Of a stretch of 64,000 bases of DNA, positions 36,743-50,000 are shown piece by piece. Under the pieces are notes generated by a model. The model saw nothing but the letters and a program-made list of their open reading frames with translations. It had not been told where the DNA came from and did no database searches. How positions within the stretch are numbered: the first letter of the stretch is position 1; every line of letters begins with the position of its first letter. Location of the stretch: assembly GCA_973895155.1 (NCBI GenBank), contig OZ316898.1, positions 3,410,480-3,474,479 on the forward strand, read 5' to 3'. Source of the DNA: Marsupella aquatica. Lineage: Eukaryota; Plantae; Marchantiophyta. The position numbers and the translations under genes are program-made.

Positions 36743-39503
36743 CTACACAGAAATTCCAGTGCGACGAGACATTCCAGTTGCCTCTTCGTGTGATCTCCAT
36801 TTACAATAGCCGAGCCAGCAACTACAGTCTCTTGTGATGGGATTCTCGTTGTAAAAGGAAGGGTCTGTCAGTGGTCCGAGCAGAGAAAAAAAGCCAATCA
36901 CACCAACAAGATAAGCCAAGATAACACCTGCAAGATAGATCACCAATATCATGAGCAATCTCCCTTTACCTTATATATGCTTTTCCCAATTGCTTTGAAA
37001 GTCGAATTTAGAAAAAGAAAAAGAAAAACTTAAGCCATATATATATATATAACAAGGTATAAAAGGCAACACTTCTAGACTCACTTCGGCAATGTGGCGA
37101 TGATAATGCCGCACCAATATCTGGGAGACCCATAGTGTTGCAAAACATGTGGGCCACCAAAGGAGCAATCAAATTTCCTGTCACAGGTTTAGTGCCCCAA
37201 GGTGGTCAGAACTAATCCAACTAACGTAAACTAGGATCAATAACTTCGCCTCTGACGACAACCAGCACTTGTCACTCCAAGTCGCAGAAGAGACAGTGCT
37301 AAGGTGTCCATTTTACCTGTTCGGAGATATAGAAAAGTTGCGTACCATCCAAATATCGAAGTGTAGCCAAGCTGCAATCCTGCATTTTAAAAACGAGCAT
37401 TCAGGAATGGCAAGTTGTAACCATAGCAAAAGCAAGATAATCAAAACTTCCACATCGTGATATTGATCAATCCGTTTAGCCATGGAGAACAGCCTTCGGT
37501 AATATACAGATCGCAATTGCTGATGAATTCTCCATAGCGAAGGGAAAAAGGTTTGGGATCAAAGGTCACATTTCGCTCGGACCGTAAAGTTCATACTCGC
37601 GTATGATTTGGCGTTTAGGGTTTATCTTCCTCAAATATAGCAGTTTTCAAACAAGTGTTTTCAAACTTTCCCCTTCGAATCAAGATGAGAACGCGAAGGA
37701 GCTTGATTTGCTGACACGCACAGCAATAGCAATTGATCCGAGAAAACCAAAAGTGAGGGAAGGGTATGGACGAGTTACCAACAATACAAGCAGCTTTGGA
37801 GATAGCATGCCTCTGTTTGTGAATCAAGTCCCAGAAGTGATGTATGTGGGCTGCAAAAATGGTCCGTTTCTTTCATTAGTATACTTGATTTCAGATTTCA
37901 AGTAATCGTTTCTCGTCAGACGCCTGCATGAATGAGTAATACTCGCTTCTAGTCCTACAACTGCACAATCGAGTAAGTAACACTCACTCTGCCTGCACCA
38001 GTGCCGTCCCTGAGTAGGTCCTTTCCAAGGTTACAAATTTGCAGTCAAAGACAGGAGGATGACCTAAACTATCATGCAATACCCTGCAAGACACTACTGA
38101 CAGAACAACCCTGGGTCATCCCTTACTGGCACCTCTCTCCCTACGTACAGTAAAAATAACACATCCATTAATTGAATTTCATGACTTTGAAGCATTCAAG
38201 TTCCAGATAAGGTCGGCAAATATGACCTAAAGCAAAGAACATTGGACAGATGAAGACAATTGCAGATGGCGAGAAGCCACCACACAAAAGCACAGGAACC
38301 ATGCACACCCTGAATACTAATTCTTCGGACAAAGGTGCCTGTCACACATAACAATGGGCACTTCCATTTGTGAAACTCCTTTCTGAACACATACAAAGGT
38401 ATGCTCACCACTGATGTGAGGCACCTTGGGTGCGACCACAGAAGGCTTACAGAAAACGTCAGACATACAAACAAGGGCTCAGACCACACCATCTTTAAGT
38501 CAAAAAATCGAGGGCAGGATGTACCACGAGGAAGGTGCGCCACCAGAAAACATCCGAGGCTAACATTTTTCCGTGGTACACCATTGCTGACCATAAGTGT
38601 TTAATCAGAAGGCTCGGTTGCCCTGATATCTTAATATCATCCATACACCATGAGACAAATCTAAGCAGATCCAGGATGAGGGGGCCAAGATAAAGTATAG
38701 AAGTCAACAGAATGGACATTCCAGCCACCTGCCACTGTAGAAGTATGAACATCATGTCAGTTTAATTGGTCGTTCCAAACCAATGCATAGACTTGGAAAT
38801 GAAAAGAACATCTACAGATTCAAAAGACACAGATGCGTCAACAAAGACATCCTGGGATACAGTGGGAAATTCAGAATACCGGAAACAGTGAAAACTTGAT
38901 AACCTTACCAGACGCGAGGTGTTCAATCCAAACATCTTAAGTAAAGCGACATAGTCCGAGTCCCACCGTACGTCAATCTTAAAAAATCACACAATCATGA
39001 TGTTAGTTAAGGGTGAAATCTCTTTTATGTGAGCATTTTCCGGTGGCAACACCTAGGATGTATTTCAGGATAAACGCAGAGTTACATGCTGAGAGAATCA
39101 TTTCCCTCCTAAGTATTACTTAGTGCTCCTTCTAAAGTAACGGTAATAACGAAACCCCTTTAGAGCTGTATAAGAATCATTCAGTAATGGAATGCTGACA
39201 TGGATCTGGATTTCAAATTATCTATCACAAGAGATTGCGAGGAGGGAAGGAAAACAGCATCCTTACAGGCAGAATCATGAGGCAGATGAACGGAGCTAAG
39301 ACAGAAGCCACCACAGAACATGCAAATCTTCGGAGCATGTGCTCTTGAGCGGACTTGGGCTGCGGCAGGCAGAATCCTGGTGCGTACAATAGGGCCACGT
39401 AGCCAAAACCCATGAATATGCAAGCTCCTGTCGCTTTACCCTTGTTCTTGAGCACCTCCATGGACACAGAATGACTGACGTTGCTACTCTTAATCACATC
39501 CAT
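36743..39503 (-). CDS. RCE1: CAAX prenyl protease 2 (Rce1/FACE2), 8 coding exons
   Basis: Exons 39503-39267, 38977-38909, 38734-38525, 38338-38227, 37850-37779, 37379-37317, 37177-37085 and 36927-36743 join in frame. Catalytic motifs [27 protein letters not shown] and [11 protein letters not shown]. Confidence 0.92.
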
Positions 39504-40069
39504 TGTCTCTCCAGAGTCTTAAAACTTAGGATAGTAGCTTGACTATATTATGGACTTCACTTCGTTGCTATAGTATGCTTGCCGCCAAAGTTTCCACGGA
39601 CATCGTTGTAGTCACTTGAGCCCAACAAAACTGAACCTCCTGTAGCACAGTTAAATATTCAAAACGTTAGCGATTCTCACACTATCGTCTTCTTCAATCG
39701 CTTTTTAGCTTTTCGACAGATCAAACTGCTGCGATTAGAACCGTTTTCAGCGCAATTCAAGGCGGCTTGCTTACAATTGGAGTGCAATGAGAATGAGGGG
39801 AAACACTGGGTCGACACTCTTAAAGATACCTCAAGAGTGGTGATGGGCTCCTTTACACACTAGAGATCCTCGTTGCCTCCTACAGTAAAAGCGGACTAAA
39901 CTAAGCCATGACTAAAGCCAATAGACACTGTTTCAATACTTTACTGGTTACGGAAGGCGGTTGCTGAGGTTGCTCAGTATGTTGTTTGCACTGGACCAGC
40001 AAAAGAAAATCAACCCACGAATGACAAAAACGATCTGTATGGTTTGGGTTCAGGGAAGGTCCTAGACGA

Positions 40070-40800
40070 TCTAATCATCGAATGTTGCAAAGCATAATTC
40101 GGCCTTCGCGGATGCAATTCTACCTGGAACGACTCCAAGGCTTGTGCACATTCTGGCGGGGTCCATCGTTATACGCTATGCCATAAGAACAACGGGAGAA
40201 CTAAGCTGTGGATAGGGATGCAGGGAAATTTTCTACTAAGAACCAATGTGAATTAGTATACAAGAAGTAAACGGACAGCTTCCAATAAGTTTGAAACTTC
40301 ACAAGCTGAGCAGGCAAAAAACCCAGCTTAATCTAGTTGTTCTAACAAGTTTCGACACCAGCTGATCATAAAATGTTGCAAAGAATTAATTCGTCCTTCG
40401 CGGATTGTTTTTTCAGCTTCTCTAAACCCTAAACCCTTCTCCACACCCTGTCTAGCTCATGCTACAACAAACGGAACCTCGCAACGGAAGAAATGCGTTG
40501 TGGAATACGGATGCAGGGACACATGTTCAAATAAACCCCATGTGAATCACTCGACAAGAGTACACCGGCAGATTCGAGTACAATTAAGACTTCAAGCACA
40601 GTACACAGAATTAGCTTAATTTAGTTCTTCTCAGAATTTCGAAACAATGAGATCATCAAATGTTGATTCCTTCCTCGCAGATGTTATTCCGGCTTGAATG
40701 ACTCAATATATTGAGCACGTTCTCTCCTGATAATTCTTACAATATCACAACCGCTCGACAGGAGACACGCGCTGTGAAATAGGGAGTCAGAGAAAACTTC
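40070..40800. repeat. Degenerate ~290-bp tandem triplication in the RCE1 5' region
   Basis: ATCAT..AATGTTG...CCTTCGCGGAT-like motifs recur at ~40075, 40365 and 40653. TGTG.AATA.GGATGCAGGGA-like motifs recur at ~40205, 40498 and 40772. Confidence 0.7.
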
Positions 40801-41030
40801 AAAATACAAGGCGCTTGAAATCAAACAACAGGAGCTACATTACCCAGATAGATTCCAGAGCAGGTGAGGAAAAATCCTATCTCCAGAGGTGGACACCCGA
40901 ACCGTTACCACGGTGGCGAAACTTAGCTTCCCAGACAGCCATGGCATCTCAAGACATTTTAACAGCCATCACGGCTAGAAAGGTTTATGAGAGAGATGGA
41001 AGAGTCTCCAGAAGTCCTCAAATCAAGGCA

Positions 41031-41143
41031 GAGGAATGCTCATGCTCGCCTCAAGTCCTCAACTGTAAGAAACCCCACCGACAGAACTACGCGGAGGAAT
41101 GCTCATGCTCGCCTCCACTGTAGAAAACCCACCGACAGAACTA
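41031..41143. repeat. ~63-bp tandem duplication
   Basis: GAGGAATGCTCATGCTCGCCTC...AAACCCCACCGACAGAACTA occurs twice. Confidence 0.85.
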
Positions 41144-41681
41144 TGGCGACGTATGCAGTTTAGAAATGCGATAGTGCATCCCAAGAGCACAGACTGCTTT
41201 GACCCTCCTCTCCACGAAAACTTAATATTTTTTCCTTTTCAACTTACTAGCTTATAGTACCCTCTTCCCTCAAACACAACACCACACAAAACCACACCAT
41301 GGTTTTCTATTCAAAGAGTGAGCCATGGGGCTATATATTCAAACTAGCCCTATGCCGTGCCTTGCCCTGTGCAAGAGGGCCGGCCCATAGGGAGTCGGGC
41401 CAGTGCATTTATGGGGCAACGGGAAACACATATGTGACAAGGGTGCACATTTACTCCATCAATGGTCAAGGAAAACAATTAATTGAATCCAACGGCTACT
41501 GATCTTTCCCGCCCAAGAGCTTTTTTGCATTGGGACTAAGGACAAAAAAGGCGAGATCACTTATTATAGTTATAGATAGTGCGCCCTGGGAGTTGCATTT
41601 GAATTTTGATTTAATTTTTTGAATTTGCAGGGTGTTGTGTTCAAAAGTCAAATAGCGTGCCATGGGCATTGCATTTGAATT

Positions 41682-41960
41682 TTGACTGTGTGTTTCATTT
41701 TTTGTACTTGCAGGGTGTTGCATTCAAAAAATGGAAGTTTTATTCAAATATTTGCTTTGTGTATCAATATTGACATCTACTGTACCATTATGATATCGTA
41801 TCCTGTCATTTCTGGAATCCTGTTGACTGTGTGTTTCATTTTTTGTACTTGCAGGGCGCTGCATTCAAAAAATGGGCTTTGTATTCAAATATTTGCTTTG
41901 TGTTTCAATATTTGGCATCTACCATTATAATATGGTATCCCACCATTTGTGGAATCCCGT
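41682..41960. repeat. 141-bp tandem duplication
   Basis: TTGACTGTGTGTTTCATTTTTTGTACTTGCAGGG..GCATTCAAAAAATGG at 41682 and 41823. Confidence 0.85.
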
Positions 41961-42249
41961 CCATTTCTGGAGAATAGTGTGCTTACAAAAATGAAAAAGG
42001 TGGGATGTCTTTATAGCCATTAGATATATCAAGTAAATAATTAAGATCTTTCAATTCATAAAAGCAATATTAAAGGTGAACATAGGCAATAAAGGGAAAG
42101 GTTCAGGAACTCACACCAATGAGAGGGAAAGCGCACCAGTTCAAAATCCGTGACAAAGATATGTACAGGAATATTAACTAAAATGGGTGGACAAAGAAAA
42201 AATTGTACAATGATCCAAAACAAACCAAAAAAATGTACAGTAATCCAAA

Positions 42250-42960
42250 GTGTGGGACATGATTCAAAGTTCCCTTTCTCTATATATCACACAGTTCCCA
42301 AGGGCAAAAAACTCCAAAAGGGGAGACATGATCCAATGGCAAAGCAACCCAATGAAGGGAAGGAAAAGAGGGGAAATGGTTCCAAGAAAAACAAGCCAAG
42401 GGGTCCCTCGGGGTTTCACTTCCACAAAAATGGTACATCATGTGTGACTAATGATAGGGTAGTTTGATTGCTTCTAAAGTAAAACTTAAGAATTTTCTAA
42501 AAGAACAATAGGGTCTCTTAAATCCAATTTTGAGACTTATAAGTAAATTAGCATATTTTAAATCATTTTTTGGAATATTAGAATATTCCAACTGTATATG
42601 AGTCAATAAATTTAATTTCTTACATTTTAGAGGGTCTAAAGCCTAAAAACATTGTAGGTGATGGAGAGGCTTCTATATAGTGAGACCCCAACCAAAAGCC
42701 AAGGAAGGAACAAAGACCAAAAAGTAGCCTATAGAGGAGTGTGAAGGCTAACACCCTACTGAGCAGAGAACTGAAAAGCCTGGTAGAGCTCCAGAGTAAA
42801 CTGCATAGGAAGGTCACAAAGTGGAACCTGTTGTGAGACCCTGAAACCAATTGCCTCAACCCTACAAAGGAGGGTGAAAGCCTGGGCCCACTGAAGAGCC
42901 ACAGCCACTGCCAAAAAAAGGCAATGAGGACAGAAATAGGGAAAAATGCCTCCTCTGAGC
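42250..42960 (-). mobile_element. 5'-truncated, degenerate CRE-type retrotransposon fragments
   Basis: ORF 42756..42962 (VALQWAQAFTLLCRVEAIGFRVSQQVPLCDLPMQFTLELYQAFQF) aligns with IALQRAQAFTILRRGKAVGVRASSRIPLLDPPMQFTTELYQALHF. The 42255-42380 segment resembles the 3' UTR at 51450-51575. Confidence 0.8.
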
Positions 42961-43487
42961 AATCATGTATGGTTATGGATTTTTTATAATAATTATTTAA
43001 CTAATTAATTGTCTCTGAATGGGTTTTAAATTCTGAAAGCTGGTGGGGAGGTGTATCCAATATGTTAAATATCTGCTCTTTTCTAATGTATGTTTGAAGA
43101 CAACACACCAAAAACTGTGAATTATGTGCCCACATGAGTACACAGCGCGGTGAGCAAGGGGTGAAGCAAGACTTGCCCTGATTTTCCTGATCAAATGTCA
43201 GGAAAATGTGATGTCATGATCCAATGGCCACAAATCAATCCCGCCAAATTTGATTTTGTAATGGGATGAAGGACTAAAATGAGCGGAATAAGGTATTATA
43301 GTGGTAGATACCACAACTATTTTCTCTAGGTTTCTTAGCTTACTTTAAAAAACCATGTCTACAATCAAAATCAATGCTTTACTTCAAAATACGTAGAATA
43401 TTCCTAAAATAGGCATTTCCCAAGTTTAGAGACCACCTCTGAGCTTATGACTCTTCCCATGGAAGTTAGCATCTTTTCATTGTACCA

Positions 43488-44644
43488 CTAGCTCAATACC
43501 AGTGCGTTGCACAAAAGATGTCATGTTGCCTAAGATATCGTTAAGAGAAAAGATGTCATGAAGACAAAAAGATATTGTGTCGCCCAAGATGTCGTTAAGA
43601 AAAAATATGTTGTGTCGCCCAAGATGCCGTTAAGTAAAAAACATGTGGTGTCGCCCAAGATGTAGTTAAGAAAGAAAATGTTGTGTTGCCCAACTGAAGA
43701 TGTCAAACATGAAGAAAAAAATGTTATGTCGCCCAATGTGTCATTAATAAAGAAAAAATATATCGTGTCACCCAAGATGTTGTTAAGAAAAAAGATGTTG
43801 TGACACCCAAGATGTAATTAAGAAAAATGATATTGTGTCACCCAAGATGTCCTTAAGACAAAAGATATTGTTAAGAAAAAAGATGTTGTGGTACCCAATA
43901 TGTCCTTAACAAAAGAAATGCCACATTGCCCAAGATGTGGTTAAGAGAAAAGTTGTCGTTAAGTAAAAAAGACATTGTTAAGACAAAAGTTGCATAAAAG
44001 ATGGTGTGGTGAGAAAAAGATGTTGAGGTGAGAAAAAGATGTAAAGGAGAGAAATGTTGAGGTGAGAAAAATGTTGAGGTGAACAAAGACTGATGTTAAT
44101 GAGAAAAAGAGATGTTGAGCTAAGAAAAAGAAGTAGAGCAAAAACTATGTCAAGGAGAGAAAAGATGACGATGAGGAAAAGATGTTGAGGGTGAGGGAAA
44201 GATGTTGTGGTGAGATAAAAATGTGAAGGTGAGAAACAGGTCACATGCATGTTGAGGTGAAAACAAATGTCAATGAGAAAAAGAGACGTTGAGGTGAGAC
44301 AAAGAAGTCAAGGTGAAGAAAAGATGTCGAGGAGAGAAAAAACATGGCGAGGTGAGAAAAAGACATTTAGGAGAGAAAATATGTCGAGGTGAGGGAAAGA
44401 TGTTGTGGTGAGAAACATGTCAAGGTGAGAAAAGATGTGGAGTCAGGTGAGAAAATATATCAAGGAGAGAAACAAAAATCAAGGACCTAAACGATGTTGA
44501 GGGTGAAAACAAATGTCGTGAGATAAAGATGTCAATGTGAGAAAAAATGGCGAGATGAGAAAAATATGTCAAGGCAAGGTAGAGTTGTTGCGGTGGTGTG
44601 CAACAACTCGTGCGCTGCACATAGAAATTGGAGACTGACTGAGA
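43488..44644 (-). mobile_element. Putative non-autonomous Helitron carrying minisatellite arrays
   Basis: Minus-strand 3' end GTGCAACGCAC hairpin ...CTAG|T (43512-43487) and a possible A|TC 5' end at 44644. Interior of ~33-bp (GATGTTGTGTCGCCCAAGATGTCGTTAAGAAAA) and ~18-19-bp (GATGTTGAGGTGAGAAAAA) degenerate tandem units. 10-bp stem hairpin at 44582-44609. Confidence 0.55.
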
Positions 44645-45633
44645 TAATAGTCACCGCAACATAGAGTCCAAGCACAACCAAGTGACCAAAAAAAATGTTT
44701 TTATTCTAAATTTTTAGAGAAATTAATATCATACATATATATTATTTTTATTCAAGTTTTTTCAAAACTTTAAAGTTATTATCCAACTCTTTTTTTAATA
44801 ATTAGTTTTTAATAAGTCTCAATTTTAATAATTAGTTTTTGATCAATTTCAATTAATTAATTTTATCTTGGTTGGGTTTGGGTAGGCTATGGGTAGCTTG
44901 GGCAGAGATAATTGAGATTAATAGAGATATGGATGATTCCTATAGTTGTAGAAAAACAAATTTTTACTTAAGACTTAAGATTGTTCCCAATTTTTCTTGA
45001 TTTTATAAATAATATCATATCCATTTTTCTTGATTTTATACTTAATACCATATCCATTTTTTTAGGATATGGTATATAGTGACTTATGATACTCTTGAAT
45101 ACAACACGGGTAGGTACCTTTTTTGTCTTTTGTTTCCACCATTAGATTCTTTTTTGTGTGAAAAGTGCATGCAACAGGGTTAGTTACGTTTTTTGTTTTG
45201 TGTGTCCACCAATTGATTACTTTTTGTGTGAAAATATTTCTTGTACTTTTTGGTTCACTCTATATTTAATTTCATTTTGGTTTTATCCCTTCTCTGTATT
45301 GATTACTTCTTTTCTAGGCACTGTATTTTTGAATGACGACCACTGCATAAAAAGGCGCAACCTTGTATTATAATTCTTGATAACTTTAAATAAGAATGTA
45401 ACGGTGCACCACACATGAGTAGGTGTTCATTAATTTGGCAAAGAATGACAACTCATGTTCTTGTTAGGTTGAGTTGGCCTATGTTGAACAATGGATCACT
45501 CATAGACAACATGCACACGCAAAATATTCAACTAACAAGTAATCGACACAAAAAATATGTGATTCATTTCTTCTATGTTGCAATAATACACAATAAAACT
45601 TTATGCACTCTAGGCCCTCAATCATACCATATT

Positions 45634-46253
45634 TGTACAACACCTCCCTATTTCTCGGCCAGGTTTAACCTGACAGGCAAGCTGATGGCTTGCCGGGCAT
45701 GTAAAACCGTCAAATGACAGCCCCAAAACGACCAGTTTGATGCATATTCCTTGATATTCTCCTGGACTCCCCTGGACACTCCCCCGGACACTCCCAGACT
45801 CCTCCCGGACTCCCCCAGACCCTTCCCGGACTCCCCCCCAACTCCCTTGGACCCTGGTTTGGGGTCGCACAGCCGGTTGGGGCCGGGTTTGGGGTTTGGG
45901 GTTGGGGGTGTCGGTCGGGGGTCGGCCCACCCCGGATCCTACCCGGACCCCTACTCGGACCCTCCCTGCTCCCAACCCGGGCCCAAACCAGCTCCCAAAC
46001 CTGCCCGGCCCTCCCTTGACCTGGCTCCCCCCCGGCCCCGGGCCAGCCTGCCTGAAACTGGCCCAGACCCCATCCCGAACCCGGTCCTTTCTTGACCAAA
46101 CCTCTCCCGAACCCGGTCCCTTCTCGACCAAACCTCTCTTGAACCCCTCCCGATCCCGGCCCGGACTGCTCCGGAACCCGGTTGATGGCTTGCCAATTTG
46201 ACGGTGTTTTTTGGCCAATTTGATGGGCAAGATCAAACCGGGTTTCTCGGACA
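45634..46253. repeat. GC-rich, strongly C-skewed low-complexity element (possible TE terminus or LTR)
   Basis: Short repeated units CCCGGAC(T/A)C and GAACCCGGTCC; inverted ACCGTCAAAT/ATTTGACGGT near the ends; begins TGTACAACACCTCCC. Confidence 0.45.
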
Positions 46254-47069
46254 ACTCCGTAATAATGAGTCTAATTTTTAATTTTTCTGCTGATGTATAT
46301 ACTAACTAGCATATCTAACTTTGATGTAGTACCTGAATACAATTAGACTAACTACTCCTATTGAGTAATGTTAGATCCAAGAGTGAATGCCTAACAATGT
46401 AAGTAGTCAGAGGTTACTATATGGCTAATTCAACCCAGGTTTCTCAAGAGACTATTTTCTGTTGTTACTCGACAACTGTTTGGTGCTTGGTACCATCAGA
46501 AGCGGCTCAAAAGGAGCTGTCCAATGTGCTTAGTCTAGCCAATTTTTGCCAATAGAAGGGCGGTGCAGATTTCTAAACATTGATTTCCTTGTTATCATAT
46601 GGGTAAGTGTTGATTGGTGAAAGTTAAGGATTGAAAGCCTTTGGCTCTCCACTGGAACTAATAGGGAGCAAGCTCCAATAAAAACTTGGCTTATTGTGAT
46701 GCCTAGCCAGGAATCACTCGGCCAGTTAAGTGGGTAAAGCAGGAGTGCACCCTAGAAACACCTTAGTATAGGGACAAAACAAGGAAAATATAAACAATTA
46801 GGGGCGACTATGGAACCCGGGCCGAGGCCGGAGGTAAGGACGCTGGGGGTGAAAACAGATTAGGGTTAGGGCGCGCTAAGCGTCGGCGGCTAGGAAGGAT
46901 CAACGGGAGGAAGGACCGGAAGAGGAGAGGGGTAAGGAGCGCTTGCAGGAGATGGTGGCTCATTTGTGAGCACGAACTAGGCAGACGACTACGGGAGGCC
47001 AACTACTGTCAACTGCTTAGGCAAGCACTCGGGGAGAGAGTAGATACCGACGATCGACCTAAGGAGGGT

Positions 47070-50000
47070 ATGAGCAACGCCAATCAAGCGGCACATTTCT
47101 GGGGATGCCTGTTCGAACGGGCAACTGAATACATCAAGACTTACGAGGACGAAGAATCAGAAAGGGCAGCTCGAGAATGACAGGAGCTCGCTCGATTGTG
47201 GGAGCTGCAGAAGACGACTTTCTTAGGAGGCGAACTCATCAAGGCCGAGTTCTTGTGGACTCCTACTTCCAATCAGCTTGACGATCTTCTGTTTTGCGAA
47301 GACAGAATCATCGGCATTCGAGAGGCCATCAAGAACTGCAACGACATACACTGGGAATTGAAGGGTAGCATAGAAAGATGGACCCAGGCAACGGTGCTAG
47401 GAGAAACCTCCACGGCAACCGAGATGAAGAGGAAGGGAGCCGTCAACGATGAAGCCACCCCGACAAAAAGAACGAGGTCGGCGGCACCAAAGAAGCCAGC
47501 CGAGCAGCAGAGCAGGAGGCAGGGAGAAGCCGAAGAGGAGGACGATCCCATCAATGCCATTCCAACCAGGGATGACACCTGGAAGGGCTGGGCGACAACC
47601 CTACCAGAGGAGGTGCAACTACATTTTGCACGGGAGGAGGATGCATGCTTTACGGCCATGCAGACCAAGAAGTACCAAGGCTTCATGGCCGGATCCGGTT
47701 TAGAGGCCTTTGTAAGATTACCATGGCTGAAGCCGGAGGTGTCGGATTCAGACCTATTAGAATTCGTGGGGTCATGGGAACCCGAGACCAATTCCACGAG
47801 GATATATGGGAAGGATTTCTATCTTACTCCCAAGGTGATTGCCGAAGTGTTTGGCTTGCCGATAGGCAATAAGACCAAGGTTGATACCAGGAAGACCTTG
47901 CCTGACAAGGAGTTCCGGTCGTTCCCCGGGCCATCAACGAAGAACGGCTTCTTCCAGAACACCTGCACCAACCCGCACATAGGAGAGATGATCAACTTCT
48001 TGCGGGTGACCATGCATTGTAACTTGCCGAGGGCAGAGATCGGCAAGGCTCAGGTCTACCTGGCAGAAAGGCCAGACCCAAGCCGGGACTACAACGGGTA
48101 CCTCCTCAACCAATTGAAGAAGATCTTAAAGGAGGAGTAGCAGGTAATCGGCATGGGGAGCGTGTTGCGGCTTGGCTATCACATGCCGCTGTTGTGCCGG
48201 TATGCCAGAGGTCAGACCTTTGTCCTAGTACTTCCCCTACAGGTAAGGGCACCCGAGGAAGCTCCAGCACCGAGGCCGGTAGCAGAGAAGCCTCAACCAC
48301 CTGTTAGCCCTACGATTGAGCAGGTGTTTAGGCCAAGGACGGAGGACTTGCCGATGCAGCAACCAGGCATGCAGAATCTGCTGAAACTACTGGAGAAAGA
48401 AAAGAGATCGGCATCGGCAACGACTACGGCAACGACAACAATGCAGGACACTGCTCCAGAGGTAGGCCTACACCGGCTTACAAGGGAAAACCCCTTTACT
48501 AGAGACAAGGAGAGAATCAGGCTAGAATCCAAGCCGGGTGTTCGAATGTACGTGGGAGTCTCAAGCTCTGAATCTGAGGCAGAATTGCCTGAAGCTCCTA
48601 CCGGCGAAGAGGAGAGGGAGAAGCCGGAAGTCCAAGAAGTGGAGGAGGTAGTGGAGGACTGCAGCCATGATAACTCCGGCTATGGGTCGGACCATCACGT
48701 TCCAGGAGTAAGGACCTGTGGCCGATTTATCCCCACACTTCCAAGGGTAGTTTGAGGGGACCCCAACCAGCAGAGTAGCCCCGAGTCTCCCCCACCAGAT
48801 GTTGCTCCCCCGAGCTTTGACGGCATAAAACAGACGGCGCAGGAATTTCAGGAGCGAATCAGGCACGAAGAGGAGGCAGCCCTGGCTAGGGAAAAGGATT
48901 TGCCAGGAGGAGATTGGCCGGAGGACATCAGGCGGCTAGCCGAAAAAGGAAGCAAACCTCTAGCCACGATTGAAGAGATCCGCAAGACGGCTTGGGAGTA
49001 GAGGCCGCGATGGGCGATGCCGATCACTTCTACTTACTCCACCTACGCTAAGAATAGAGCCATGGAGTATGGTGAGATGTGTGGGGAACTTGCGCTCGGC
49101 ATCTTTGGGGAGGAGTTGGAGGTAGGACCCTTTTTCCATAGGGAGCAGTTGGAGAAGCACCAATTAGAAGAAGCGGTGGCTTTAGAGAGAAGCAAGAAGG
49201 ACGAGGTCATCCGACGGCTTAGGAGGATGGAAGCCGCGATTGAAGATCTAAGGGCGGCCAAGAAAGCCCAAGATGAATTGCGGATTAAGCGGCATGAGCT
49301 GAATATCATGCAGGGGCAGTTGGACACCGCGCAGGCTGATAATCAGATTATCAAGGATAAACTGACTCAGACACAGGGAGAATTGGCCGACGCAATCAAG
49401 GATAGGGAGAAATGGAAGAAGGAGCTGAGAGACGTAGAGGAGGCCCATATAGCAGTCAACAACCGGGTCACGGCGGAGGCTCAGAGAAGGGAGAGGGTGT
49501 TGAAGGAAGAGCTCGAGGTCATCCGTAGAGCCCTTGAGCAGAAGGAGACCGAGTTAGGGAAATCCTATCAAGGGATTGTTGCGCTACAGCAGGAGCTTGC
49601 GTCCCTGACGGCCAGCTTCAAGGCCGACCTGCGGGAGAAGGATGCCCAGCTCGACCAGACTTATGCCAAGATGAATAACATGGAGTCTGAGGTCGTAGCG
49701 GAGCTCGACAAGGAGCTAAGAGCAACCCAGGAGGAGAGGGCTACCACCAAGAAGGAATTGGAGGAAGCCCACAGGGAATTGGAGGAAGCCAAAAACGAGC
49801 TGGAGGAGGCACGTAAGGACCTGGATGAGACCCAGGAGGAGTTGGAGGAAATCACAACGAAGATGGAGAACCTACAGCGGCGGGCCGACAACCAAACAGA
49901 GCGGCTGAAGAAACAAGCCGCAGTATTTAAATGCTTAGCTGCATCAGGTCCATCTCCCGTTGGGGCACACCAGTTACCCGGGGTGGTAATTGCCGAAGGA

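Noticed and set aside
43510-44580. Regularly spaced repeats resembling a CRISPR array
   Set aside because: Units are degenerate and abut each other without unique spacers, there are no cas genes, and the context is eukaryotic. It is a minisatellite.
45622-46254. Several Gly/Pro-rich ORFs on both strands
   Set aside because: Stop-poor GC-rich low-complexity DNA, with no domain-like sequence.
46487-46503. TGGTACCATCAGAAGC as a tRNA-Met primer-binding site
   Set aside because: Needs several insertions relative to TGGTATCAGAGC, and no paired LTRs are visible.
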